Shown here one piece after another: positions 43,908 through 53,026 of a stretch of DNA of 64,000 bases. A model generated the notes under the pieces. The model ran no database searches. It was not told the origin of the DNA and saw nothing but the letters and a program-made list of their open reading frames with translations. Origin of the DNA: Candidatus Woesearchaeota archaeon (GTDB taxonomy: Archaea > Nanobdellota > Nanobdellia > Woesearchaeales > JAHWHD01); NCBI GenBank assembly GCA_019323515.1, contig JAHWHG010000002.1, positions 18,316 to 82,315 of the forward strand, read 5' to 3'. How positions within the stretch are numbered: position 1 is the first letter of the stretch; every line of letters begins with the position of its first letter. Both the position numbers and the translations under genes were made by a program.

Positions 43908-45290
43908 ATGGTGAAAGTTGCTTTTGTTGAACCTACCGGAGCTGTATCCAATGTTTTTGCTAAGTATATGACTATTCCGTTACTCGGTCCGGTGTACCTT
44001 GGAACAATTGCTAAACAAACTGGGTATGATGTTGTGTTATTGAATGAAAACATACTTGGAAGAAAGGTTTTGGATGAGGAGTTAAGGGATATTGATGTAC
44101 TTTGTCTTAGCTGCCTGACAACTACTGTCAACAGAGGGAAGGAGATTGCAAGGCAGTATAAACTTCTGAGAGAGGATCTTGGGCTTAAGTCAAAGGCTGT
44201 TATAGGCGGGATACATGCAAGCATGCTGCCAGGTGATGTGGTTAATTATTTTGACCAGGTAATAGTTGGAGAGGGTGAGAAGGTAATTCTTGACATCTTA
44301 TCCGGTGCAAGGAGTGAGAAGGTTATATTTGGTGAGAGGCTTGAGAACCTTGATGAGTTGCCTGCAGCTGACTTTACATTATTGAAAGGTTATGAAAGGT
44401 TGAGAAGGTGGCCAGTGATGACGTCAAGAGGGTGTCCTTTTGACTGTAATTTCTGTTCTGTGACTGAGATGTTTGGTCGCGGGTACAGGGCGATGAGTCC
44501 TGAGAAAGTAATGGATGATGTGCAAAAGTACAGGAAAGGTACATTGTTCTTTGCTGATGATAACTTTGCTGTTGACATTGCAAGGTCTAACAAGATACTT
44601 GACCTGATGGTTAAGAATAATTTTAACAGGGAATGGTTTACTCAAGTGAGGACTGACATAACAAAAAAGCCGGAGTTTGTGGCTAAGATGCGAAAGGCTG
44701 GGTGCAAGATTGTATATGTCGGGCTTGAGTCAATAAATCCTGACAGCCTTAAAGAGATGAAGAAAAGTCAGACTGTTGATGATATCAAGAGATGTATCAG
44801 GGTGTTTCATGACAATGGGATAAGGGTGCATGGGATGTTCATGCTTGGGAATGATTCAGATACAAAGAAGACGTTCAGCGAGACTTCTGAGTTCTGTAAT
44901 TCTTCAGAGCTTGATTATGTGCAGTACATGGTGCTTACTCCATTGCCAGGCACGCAGTTGTACAATAAACTTGAAACAGAGGGAAGGCTGCTGCACAAGA
45001 ACTGGAACTTTTATGACGGCTTGCACGCTGTGTTCAAGCCAAGGAATATGAGCGCAGCAGAGCTGCAGCAGGGAGTGATTGAGTGTTTCAGTGATTTCTA
45101 TAGCTATACGAAAGCTATCAATAATGGGTTGAATGCTTTGGCTGGAAAGGTAGGTGCTTTTTTTGTTAACATGCATGTGCCTTCACTGCATCCTTCAATT
45201 ATGAGATTAGCTGGAAACAAGATTGTGAAAACATGGATTGAGCAGAATAAGTATTACCTTGGTTATCTCAAGACAATAAGTGGTATGTAA
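43908..45290 (+). CDS. B12-binding-domain radical SAM protein
   Basis: It has an N-terminal cobalamin-binding-like Rossmann segment and SRGCPFDCNFCS (CxxxCxxC). ATG 43908 (MVKVAFVEP) is preferred over track start 43887. Confidence 0.85.
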   Translation: MVKVAFVEPTGAVSNVFAKYMTIPLLGPVYLGTIAKQTGYDVVLLNENILGRKVLDEELRDIDVLCLSCLTTTVNRGKEIARQYKLLREDLGLKSKAVIGGIHASMLPGDVVNYFDQVIVGEGEKVILDILSGARSEKVIFGERLENLDELPAADFTLLKGYERLRRWPVMTSRGCPFDCNFCSVTEMFGRGYRAMSPEKVMDDVQKYRKGTLFFADDNFAVDIARSNKILDLMVKNNFNREWFTQVRTDITKKPEFVAKMRKAGCKIVYVGLESINPDSLKEMKKSQTVDDIKRCIRVFHDNGIRVHGMFMLGNDSDTKKTFSETSEFCNSSELDYVQYMVLTPLPGTQLYNKLETEGRLLHKNWNFYDGLHAVFKPRNMSAAELQQGVIECFSDFYSYTKAINNGLNALAGKVGAFFVNMHVPSLHPSIMRLAGNKIVKTWIEQNKYYLGYLKTISGM

Positions 45291-45769
45291 TGAAGAAGTT
45301 AGTTGTTTATTATTCCTTTGAAGGAAACACTAAGTTTGTTGCAGAGGAGATCTCTAAAGCAGTTGGTGCTGATTTGCTTGAGCTTAAGCCTGTGAAAGAT
45401 ATAAAGTCGCATGGGTTTATGAAGTTTGTTTGGGGAGGAAGGCAGGTCATGATGAAGAAAGAGCCTGAGTTGCAGGAATTTAATGTTAAAGTTGAGGATT
45501 ATGATATAATTTTTATTGGTACTCCTGTATGGGCGTTTACATTTGCTCCTGCTCTGCGTACTTTTTTTTCTAAGTTTAGTTTAGAAGGTAAGAAGATTGG
45601 GTTATTTTGCACATTTGACGGTAACTATAGGAATGTGTTTGAAGATATGCAGAAGTCTGTTAAGGGAGATGTGATAGGTAAGAAAGCGTTCATGAAGCCT
45701 TTGAAGAATAAAGAGAAGTGTAGTGGAGAGGCTGTCAAGTGGGCAGAGTTATTATTAACTAGTGGTTGA
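45290..45769 (+). CDS. Flavodoxin-like protein
   Basis: ORF track 159 aa. KKLVVYYSFEGNTKFVAEEI is the FMN phosphate-binding loop pattern. The start overlaps the radical SAM stop (TAATG). Confidence 0.8.
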   Translation: MKKLVVYYSFEGNTKFVAEEISKAVGADLLELKPVKDIKSHGFMKFVWGGRQVMMKKEPELQEFNVKVEDYDIIFIGTPVWAFTFAPALRTFFSKFSLEGKKIGLFCTFDGNYRNVFEDMQKSVKGDVIGKKAFMKPLKNKEKCSGEAVKWAELLLTSG

Positions 45770-45819
45770 ATAAGTTTATAAATGAGGGTATATGTTCTAT
45801 ATTTTTCCGGGGTGTCGTA

Positions 45820-45984
45820 ATGATTAATGCTAAAGCGATTTCATTGGTAAGGAACACTGTTGTGCTTCCAGGGTATGAGTTAACGTGTCCGCACTGTAAC
45901 CATAAAATACATTTTGAGAAAGAACTAATGAGCTGTTGTTCTAATGTTTATTGTGATTTCTGTCAGCAGAAGGTAGAGTTGTAG
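45820..45984 (+). CDS. Small Cys-rich (zinc-ribbon-like) protein
   Basis: The track ORF runs 45766..45984 from a TTG. I prefer ATG 45820 (MINAKAISL...CPHCNHKIHF...CCSNVYCDFCQQK), which has gtttataaat (45774..45783) and GGGGTG upstream. The 3' end overlaps the convergent gene by 44 nt. Confidence 0.4.
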   Translation: MINAKAISLVRNTVVLPGYELTCPHCNHKIHFEKELMSCCSNVYCDFCQQKVEL

Positions 45985-47065
45985 CTCTTGCTGAAAGTTT
46001 TTCCCTGAAACCTGGTGCTTTCATTGCTGGAAGATAATCTTCTGTGTCCATTGTGTTGAACAGGTAGACATTAGGGGTTAATCTGTAGATGCCTTTTTTC
46101 TGCGGAAGGTTTAGTTCTGGTTTTGGGCAGTTGCTGTCAAAAAGTACAGTCACCATATCTGTCTTGTGGTTAAGCTCTGTGTAAATCACATCTGCATGTC
46201 CAGATCCTACTGTTGCAAGAACCTGTCCATGCTTTAAAGCTGAACAGATCTGGTATAACATTGTCCAGTTCCTGATTGCCAGGCTTGAAACACTGTCAGT
46301 CTCTGACCTGCCAGCTTTACAGTAATCTTCTGTATCCAGACCTCCAAAGTCTATTGGAAGGATCTTGTGGCTGTTGTCACGAAGGAAGTTTAGTTTTGGT
46401 CCTATGATCGGCATGAAAGAAGGATGCGGGGTTGGTAAATCTCTTGAGTTAACTATCCCTGGTCTTGAGAAATAATCCTCAAGTTTGTGTTCATGGTTAG
46501 CATAAAAGCCTTCAATACCTGCAATGAAACTGGTGTTCATCTTTTTCAGAAGACTTAGACGTTCGTCTAATCCTAGAAGGTGATGTTCTCCAAACACTAT
46601 TAAAGGTTTTTTTCTTAATACTCTTAGAAGTTCTTCCTCAGTAATCTTTTCTGAATGTTGGAACTGTTTAACCCATGCATGAAACTTTTTTGAAGCTTCA
46701 CCCCATTCATCAGGACCGCCTAGTCTTTTTTCCAGGTCTTGACGGTCTGAGTATTGCAGCATGTTGTAAAGTGCTTCCTGGTAGCCTTCTGTCTTTAGGA
46801 CATATCTGTATTGTTTTTTTGAGGGTACTATCCCAATACTGAAGTTTCTCTGTTGTCTTGCCTTGAAGTAGTTGTCAGTCACCCAGTAACCCTCAGGTGT
46901 TCTTGCAATCTCGTTGGGTTCAACAGTCTGGTTATTGTTGATGTCCCTGTAAAGAACGTATGCGGTTGTTGGGAACGCGTTTTGGAGTTCTGCGTATGGA
47001 ACAGATTTAGCAAAAGCAGAAGTAAGTGTAAAGTACAGTGCTGGTACGATTAAGGACTTTCTCAT
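45941..47065 (-). CDS. Secreted ChaN/Tiki-superfamily-like protein
   Basis: ORF track 374 aa with a signal peptide (LIVPALYFTLTSAFA). LIVFGEHHLLG...IAGIEGF...RNWTMLYQI...VLATVGSGHADV fits the GxxH...E...R..M...GxxH layout of the ChaN/TraB/Tiki/erythromycin-esterase superfamily. This is a tentative call from memory. Confidence 0.5.
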   Translation of the reverse strand: MRKSLIVPALYFTLTSAFAKSVPYAELQNAFPTTAYVLYRDINNNQTVEPNEIARTPEGYWVTDNYFKARQQRNFSIGIVPSKKQYRYVLKTEGYQEALYNMLQYSDRQDLEKRLGGPDEWGEASKKFHAWVKQFQHSEKITEEELLRVLRKKPLIVFGEHHLLGLDERLSLLKKMNTSFIAGIEGFYANHEHKLEDYFSRPGIVNSRDLPTPHPSFMPIIGPKLNFLRDNSHKILPIDFGGLDTEDYCKAGRSETDSVSSLAIRNWTMLYQICSALKHGQVLATVGSGHADVIYTELNHKTDMVTVLFDSNCPKPELNLPQKKGIYRLTPNVYLFNTMDTEDYLPAMKAPGFREKLSARATTLPSADRNHNKH

Positions 47066-47105
47066 TGAAGATTATGTTTGAAAGTAGCTTATAAAGATTA
47101 TTGGC

Positions 47106-48110
47106 CTAGAACAGTGCTCTTCCTAACCTGTAGTCCGGGTTAGGGTTGAGGTAATTAACAAGCCTTTTAATTAATTCAAGAGAGTTAACGTATCTGTCCT
47201 CTAAATCTGCGTAACCTTCGCTGTTGCCAAGCTGTACCTTGTCATAGTCAGCATAATGATGAATCTCTTTAAATATATTTTTGCAGTACTCAAAGAAATA
47301 TCTTGGGTTCTCTCTGATGTGTTTTTTTAGTCTGTTATTTGGTTCAAAATAGTATGTGAATCCTCCATGATTCTTTATGTATTGATTCATATCTGCAGTC
47401 TCTTTGCTTAGTGTGTTTGAATGATGTCCAATGTCCCAGGCAAGCCTCTGTACGAGTTTCTCCATTGCATACAATCCGAATGAGTAAAGGTCTGAATATT
47501 TATGAATCATTTCATCTTTATACTCTGGTGGCGCGTATGCACGGTTCCAGAACAGGCCATTGTCTTCCTCTAAAGGACAGGCAATACCAAAATCAATAAG
47601 GTGGTAATCAAGGATGTTTGCTGGTCTGATGTCTTTATGCTGAAGGCCTTGGTAGGTTAATGATAGAACAGCTTCCTCAAGTTTTTGCATGTTATGGAAC
47701 TCTTTTGCTAATCCTATAAGGCCGTAGTTGTTATAATAATAAGGTTTGATGTAAGGCATTAAGATACCTGGTATGTCGCCAAAAGTTACCATGCCTAAGC
47801 AGTTTACTATGTTTGGGTGTGACATGTCGAATGAATTGAAGATCCTAATCTCGTTAAGGTGCCTTTCAAAATGAGTCATCTTAAGTACATGGTCTATCAT
47901 TCCAGTGCTTTTAATGAATTCAAGGTCTATCAGCTCGTTAGGGATATTTACCTTGCAGACAGCCTGGTAATCTGACCATCTTTGTTCTTCTTTTACATTA
48001 ATGTAGTACAATTGGCTAAGACAGTCAAGGTCTTTGCCCCTAAACCCTTGAAAAATCTTTATCTTTCCGCAGTCACTCACTTGTCCTGGTTCAAGAAGAT
48101 ATGCCATCAT
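47106..48110 (-). CDS. Hanks-type (eukaryotic-like) protein kinase paralog K1
   Basis: ORF track 334 aa with AVCKVNIPN (Lys), NEIRIF (Glu), HKDIRPANI, DFG, APPEY and SDLYSFG. The N-terminus MAYLLEPGQVSDCG is shared with K2. The C-terminus is diverged (YLNPNPDYRLGRALF). Confidence 0.8.
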   Translation of the reverse strand: MMAYLLEPGQVSDCGKIKIFQGFRGKDLDCLSQLYYINVKEEQRWSDYQAVCKVNIPNELIDLEFIKSTGMIDHVLKMTHFERHLNEIRIFNSFDMSHPNIVNCLGMVTFGDIPGILMPYIKPYYYNNYGLIGLAKEFHNMQKLEEAVLSLTYQGLQHKDIRPANILDYHLIDFGIACPLEEDNGLFWNRAYAPPEYKDEMIHKYSDLYSFGLYAMEKLVQRLAWDIGHHSNTLSKETADMNQYIKNHGGFTYYFEPNNRLKKHIRENPRYFFEYCKNIFKEIHHYADYDKVQLGNSEGYADLEDRYVNSLELIKRLVNYLNPNPDYRLGRALF

Positions 48111-49087
48111 ACATACTCCATTAGTTCTTCAGTTAAAAGATGTTTAGGAGGGATTCTTTTGTCAGGGTCAGGGTTTAGGTAGTAGCGGCAGATTTGAATT
48201 AGTCCTGAACAATCAACTGCCGAGATATAGGAATCATATGACATTGAGTTGTCTTCAACATGAAAATCATTATCTTTAAAATAATTGATATTTTTCTGGA
48301 GAATCCTAATGAATTCTTCTGAATCCTGCCTGACATTCTTTGAAAATTCGTAAGGTTCCTCACTAAAGTTAAGAACCTTTCTACAAAAATCAGGTTTAAG
48401 TTCTTTAGAATCAAAATACCCATAAGAAATCCCTCTTAGATAAGTCGTTTGAAGAGACATCCCAACTGAATAAGATATTAATAACCCAACTGAGTAAAGG
48501 TCAGAATTTTTATGAGGCTTGCAGTTGAAATATTCAGGGGCACAAAATGAACGATTAAAAAATATTCCATTGTCGCTGTCGACTCTACAGGCAATCCCAA
48601 AATCAATCAGTTTGCCACCAATAACATTGTCAGGCTTAATGTCCTTGTGTGAGATACCATTATGCCTTAGATAATATACAGCACCTTCAATGCCTCTGAA
48701 CGTTTCAGGATAAAGAAACAAGATTCCTCCATACATGTCACGATTACAAAGATTAAGAACTGCCACTGGAAGATCTTTAAATGTTATATCACCTAATAAA
48801 GAAATTATGTTTGGGTGAGAAATTTGTTTAAGGATCGAAACTTCATTATTATGCCTTTTGTTATGTGATTGAAGATTTAACATAACCTGTAAGCCTGTAC
48901 TTATTAATCCTTCTCTATCAATTCTGTTATTTGGAATATTTAATTTTCCTATATTTGCAGTATCTGAGCCGAACTTCTGCAATACAAATAGCTGGCTTAG
49001 ACAATCCAGGTTTTCTCCCCTTATCCCATGAATAACCTTATACCTAGCGCAGTCGCTCACTTGTCCTGGTTCTAGAAGATATGCCAT
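48107..49087 (-). CDS. Hanks-type protein kinase paralog K2
   Basis: ORF track 326 aa with IGKLNIPN, NEVSILKQISHPNI, HKDIKPDNV, DFG, APEY, SDLYSVG and C-terminal YYLNPDPDKRIPPKHLLTEELMEYV. The stop overlaps the K1 start (ATGA). Confidence 0.8.
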   Translation of the reverse strand: MAYLLEPGQVSDCARYKVIHGIRGENLDCLSQLFVLQKFGSDTANIGKLNIPNNRIDREGLISTGLQVMLNLQSHNKRHNNEVSILKQISHPNIISLLGDITFKDLPVAVLNLCNRDMYGGILFLYPETFRGIEGAVYYLRHNGISHKDIKPDNVIGGKLIDFGIACRVDSDNGIFFNRSFCAPEYFNCKPHKNSDLYSVGLLISYSVGMSLQTTYLRGISYGYFDSKELKPDFCRKVLNFSEEPYEFSKNVRQDSEEFIRILQKNINYFKDNDFHVEDNSMSYDSYISAVDCSGLIQICRYYLNPDPDKRIPPKHLLTEELMEYV

Positions 49088-50181
49088 TATAGATACCCCA
49101 TTAGTTCCTCAGTTAAAAGGTCTTTAGGAGGGATTCTTTTTTCAGGGTCACGGTTTAGGTAGTAGCAGAATCTTTCAAGGAATTTTTCATCGAGTGACAG
49201 GTTAAATACTCCCTGAAGGTTACTTGCCTTAAGATTCATAGCATCGTGCAATGTCTTATACTCTGCTGAACCGCTTAGCTCCCAAGCACCTGAGAAATGT
49301 TGCTCAAAAACTGAGAGGCAACCTACAGGACCTCCTGCATCTTGGAAGAACTTTGTAAAGTTTTTGGGGTATTCTCTTATGCTCTTTACCACGTTTATAT
49401 CGTTAAATTGAGGTATGTACTCACTGACAAATTCCTTAATAATTGTGTATAATTTAATCTTCATATCTTGCCTTAGTCTATTAAGATTGTAGTCTATTGA
49501 ATCTTTCTTGTATCCTTCTTTAAAGTCCTCATCTGGATCTTCGTCAAGACAAAAAACAATTTGCCTGAACATTGCCTCAAAGTATACTAAAGCTGCACTG
49601 TATAAATCAGAATTAATATGTGCTCTTTTTTCATAAAACTCAGGAGGGCAATATGCCCTATTAAAGAAAAATCCGTTGTCTGCGTCAATGTGTGAAGCAA
49701 GGCCAAAGTCAATCAGTTTGCCAGCAAGTATGTTTCTTGGGGATATGTCTTTGTGTAATATTCTTTTTGATCTTAAGTAGTAAACAGCGGATTCCAGGCC
49801 TGATAATTCTGAGACACATCCTTTTGAATGCCTATCAAGAACTTTACCTATTTTCATCAGCATTCCGCGCTTTCCGTTGAACTCACAGATGTCATAAATC
49901 TCCTGAATATTTGGATGTCTAAGGCTTTTAAGTATTGAAACCTCATTATCAAACCTTTCCTCGTGCGTCTGCATCGATAATATCTGTGACATCCCAGTAC
50001 TTCTTACATGTTCTTTGTCAATCAAATCGTTTGGGATGTTTACTTTAAGTATTAGAATATGTTTATCATCCTTTGTAACATATAACTGGCTTAAGGAGTC
50101 ACAATTTTCTCCAATTAAACCAAGAGCAGCCATGTACTTTCCGCAGTCGCTTTTCTGGCCTGGATTAAGTAAGAATACCAT
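49087..50181 (-). CDS. Hanks-type protein kinase paralog K3
   Basis: The track ORF starts at TTG 50193. I prefer ATG 50181 (MVFLLNPGQKSDCGKY aligns with the K1/K2 N-termini; atttataaag 50201..50210 lies upstream). It has LILKVNIPN, NEVSILKSLRHPNI, HKDISPRNI, DFG, PPEF, SDLYSAA and YYLNRDPEKRIPPKDLLTEELMGYL. The stop overlaps the K2 start (TAATG). Confidence 0.8.
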   Translation of the reverse strand: MVFLLNPGQKSDCGKYMAALGLIGENCDSLSQLYVTKDDKHILILKVNIPNDLIDKEHVRSTGMSQILSMQTHEERFDNEVSILKSLRHPNIQEIYDICEFNGKRGMLMKIGKVLDRHSKGCVSELSGLESAVYYLRSKRILHKDISPRNILAGKLIDFGLASHIDADNGFFFNRAYCPPEFYEKRAHINSDLYSAALVYFEAMFRQIVFCLDEDPDEDFKEGYKKDSIDYNLNRLRQDMKIKLYTIIKEFVSEYIPQFNDINVVKSIREYPKNFTKFFQDAGGPVGCLSVFEQHFSGAWELSGSAEYKTLHDAMNLKASNLQGVFNLSLDEKFLERFCYYLNRDPEKRIPPKDLLTEELMGYL

Positions 50182-50200
50182 ATAGAAGTCCAATCAGGGT

Positions 50201-50210
50201 GATTTATAAA
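50201..50210 (-). promoter_or_regulatory. TATA box upstream of kinase K3
   Basis: atttataaag lies 20 nt upstream of ATG 50181. Confidence 0.4.
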
Positions 50211-50225
50211 GGTTTAGTAGTAGAA

Positions 50226-51158
50226 TTATTTCTTTGACTCTTTTCTTTTCTTTACAAATTCCCTTATAGCAAGGATATCTCCAGCGTGTCTTGCAGCCTG
50301 TATGCATTTGTCATAATCGTTAGGGTACTTTTCATAGATAAGTTTAGCCAGTCTTTTTGCTTCTCCACTTTTCTTTGCTTCAAATGCAATGGTTGATGCT
50401 TGCATAAGCTGGCCAAGCTGTTCTCTTATAGATATAGCTGTCTGGTAATCTTTCATTGTAACTGCGATATCTGCAAGATCCTCAAGAAATGCTTTTGAGG
50501 CTTTATTCTTTCTATCTAAAGCGTCCAAGTAAATAAGGTATGCATCATTTTCCCTTCCAACTGATTTTGCTATCTCAATCTTTCTCTTGACTGTCATGGT
50601 ACGTTCTATGGCTTTGTCTGATAACTCAATTGCCTCTTCAAACATGTTAGCTTCAAATGCTGTCTCTGCTGCAACTGCTATGTAATCAGTCTTGATGAAA
50701 AGTTCAATAGCTTCCTGGAACTTGCCTTGTCTCCTGAGAGACCATGCCTGGTGATACTTTTGATTCCTTAGCTCTTCCTTGCTAGGACCTTTATAGTTCT
50801 CCTGGCTCCAGCTGTTAATTGCGTAAAGTACTTTAGATGTCATAAGGTTTGCAGGTATCTTTGAGCACCTGTCAAGGCTTTGCACGAAAGTAGCAAGGTC
50901 ACCGTCGTAATCGAACTCTCTTTCCCATTTCTTGAAGCTTGCCCCAAGTATAAAGGCAGGCAGCATGTTTTCGATATTGTCCCAGCTAGGATGTCGCCAT
51001 TCATTTACCCTTGTTCCGCTCCATTGGACATCTTCTAAACCTATAATCCCAATATAAGAAATCTCTTCATCATCTATCTTTATTATCTCTTTATTCTTTA
51101 CAAGAAGTTTTCCTTCAAGTGAGTATTCGCTGCCTGATTCAGTCTTGTAGATCTTCAT
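50226..51158 (-). CDS. Helical-repeat (TPR-like) protein with distinct N-terminal domain
   Basis: ORF track 310 aa. The C-terminal two thirds consist of repeated ~34-aa helical pairs (FQEAIELFIKTDYIAVAAETAFEANMFEEAIELSDKAIE...). It lies immediately upstream of the kinase array on the same strand. Confidence 0.55.
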   Translation of the reverse strand: MKIYKTESGSEYSLEGKLLVKNKEIIKIDDEEISYIGIIGLEDVQWSGTRVNEWRHPSWDNIENMLPAFILGASFKKWEREFDYDGDLATFVQSLDRCSKIPANLMTSKVLYAINSWSQENYKGPSKEELRNQKYHQAWSLRRQGKFQEAIELFIKTDYIAVAAETAFEANMFEEAIELSDKAIERTMTVKRKIEIAKSVGRENDAYLIYLDALDRKNKASKAFLEDLADIAVTMKDYQTAISIREQLGQLMQASTIAFEAKKSGEAKRLAKLIYEKYPNDYDKCIQAARHAGDILAIREFVKKRKESKK

Positions 51159-51239
51159 ATTTTTCTTGTAGGGGTTTAGTTTTTATAAAGGTTTAGGATG
51201 TGGGTAAAGTATATAAATAGTTAATTCTTAAGTTCCTAT

Positions 51240-52394
51240 ATGCTCAAAGACATGAAATCAAAGAACATACACATAATGTTTGCGCTTTATGTGATAGGTG
51301 GATTGATGTTCTTTTTGCCAGTGCTGGCTTTGTATTATGAGGAGAGTCTTTTTACTGCGACTAATGTTGCTATAATATTTGCAGTCTCTTCTGTTTCCTT
51401 TGCGTTGTTTGAGATACCTACTGGTGCAATCTCTGACCTGTTTGGAAGGAAGAGAACAATTGTGCTTGGCAATCTGTTTGCGTTGTCTGGTCTTGTGTTT
51501 CTTTATTATGGGGGCTCTATGTTCATGTTTGTAATGTATGCATTGTTCAACAGTTTTGGCAGGGCTTTGATGTCAGGGACTGATTCAGCATTGATGTATG
51601 ATACTCTTATGGATGAGAAAAAGGAACATATGTTTAAGAAAGTTATCGGAACGTGTCATGCGTTGTGGCCAGTGGGTGCAACAATAGGTTCTGTACTAGG
51701 AGGGTACATGGCAGCTGTGTCATTGAAGACTCCTATAGCGTATACGTTTATTCCGTTTGGGGTTGCTACATTGTTAACACTTTTCTTGAAAGAGCCATTG
51801 TATGAGAAAGAGCAGCATTCTGTTGTGACGCACATGAAAGAGTCGTTCAAGGTTATATTTCATAACAAGCAGGTATTGTTATTGATGGTGGGTATGTTTA
51901 TATTGATGGCTTTTGGTGAGTCAATACATATGCTGAAACCGCTTTTCTTAGAGTTCAAGGATATTCCTATAAGATATTTTGGGATTATCTATGGATTTGT
52001 GTTTGGGGTTAGTGCTGTTGGGCATTATCTTTCGCATGATGTATCTGAAAAGATAGGGGATAAGAATACTTTGTTAGTGGCTACATTTACTATGCCGTTG
52101 TTTATTATTTTGGCAGCGTTGTTTGATAAGTATGTTGCTATTGTGTTTTTGGTTCTGTCGTCAGTACCTTTTGGGTTGCGTAGGCCAGTGATTGAGCTTA
52201 TGCTGAATAAAGAGGTTAGTTCTCAGAGAAGGGCTACTATAATCTCAACTGGGTCTTTCATGGAGCAGCTTGGCCTGACAGTGTTTGTTCCGATTGTAGG
52301 GTACATGGCTGATATTTGGTCAATTAACTTTGCTTATGGGTTATCAGGAGCTTTGATGGGTAGTGTGTTCGTGTTGTGGTTGTGGCTGGAGTAG
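51240..52394 (+). CDS. MFS transporter
   Basis: ORF track 384 aa with about 12 hydrophobic spans and the loop motif GAISDLFGRKRTIVLGN between TM2 and TM3. Confidence 0.8.
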   Translation: MLKDMKSKNIHIMFALYVIGGLMFFLPVLALYYEESLFTATNVAIIFAVSSVSFALFEIPTGAISDLFGRKRTIVLGNLFALSGLVFLYYGGSMFMFVMYALFNSFGRALMSGTDSALMYDTLMDEKKEHMFKKVIGTCHALWPVGATIGSVLGGYMAAVSLKTPIAYTFIPFGVATLLTLFLKEPLYEKEQHSVVTHMKESFKVIFHNKQVLLLMVGMFILMAFGESIHMLKPLFLEFKDIPIRYFGIIYGFVFGVSAVGHYLSHDVSEKIGDKNTLLVATFTMPLFIILAALFDKYVAIVFLVLSSVPFGLRRPVIELMLNKEVSSQRRATIISTGSFMEQLGLTVFVPIVGYMADIWSINFAYGLSGALMGSVFVLWLWLE

Positions 52395-52453
52395 CACTGG
52401 ACATTGGACACCTGGGCATAATGCTTATAAAGAATATATACTTCTAAGGAATT

Positions 52454-53026
52454 ATGGTGAGGTTTAAGGTTATTAATGATGAATTAAGAATAAATAAGGT
52501 CCTAACTAAACTAGATGCCTTTGCTTTTGATGTTATTAATATAATTGAGAAATATACTAAGTATATAATTGTGAGTGGTTATGTTTCAATCTTTTTTGGT
52601 AGGTCAAGGGCAACTGAGGATATTGATATGCTGATAACTGGAATGGGATATGATGATTTTCTTAAGATGTATAATGATTTCCTTGGCAAGGGATTTGAGT
52701 TCACTATTGATGATCCTGAAGATTTATATAATCGGTACTTAATGCAGGGGACTGCTATAAATGTTTGGAGGAAAAACCTTCCTTTATTAAGGATGGAAAT
52801 TAAAATAGCGAGAAAGCTTGGACAAAAGCTTGTAATACAAAATCCTTTGAAGGTTTATGTCAATGATAAAATTATATTCTTTTCACAGATAGAGGCTCAG
52901 ATCGCTTATAAAAGGTATTCGGCATCTGAAAAGGATCTTGAGGATGCAAGGCATCTTGAGATTGTGTTTGATGGTTTAGATTCCGAAAAGATTAAATATT
53001 TTGAGGACTTATTTAATAAAGAATGA
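52454..53026 (+). CDS. Nucleotidyltransferase-fold protein (AbiEii-like?, tentative)
   Basis: ORF track 190 aa. SGYVSIFFGRSRATEDIDMLI fits the G-[SR]-x(n)-D-x-D minimal nucleotidyltransferase signature. Confidence 0.4.
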   Translation: MVRFKVINDELRINKVLTKLDAFAFDVINIIEKYTKYIIVSGYVSIFFGRSRATEDIDMLITGMGYDDFLKMYNDFLGKGFEFTIDDPEDLYNRYLMQGTAINVWRKNLPLLRMEIKIARKLGQKLVIQNPLKVYVNDKIIFFSQIEAQIAYKRYSASEKDLEDARHLEIVFDGLDSEKIKYFEDLFNKE

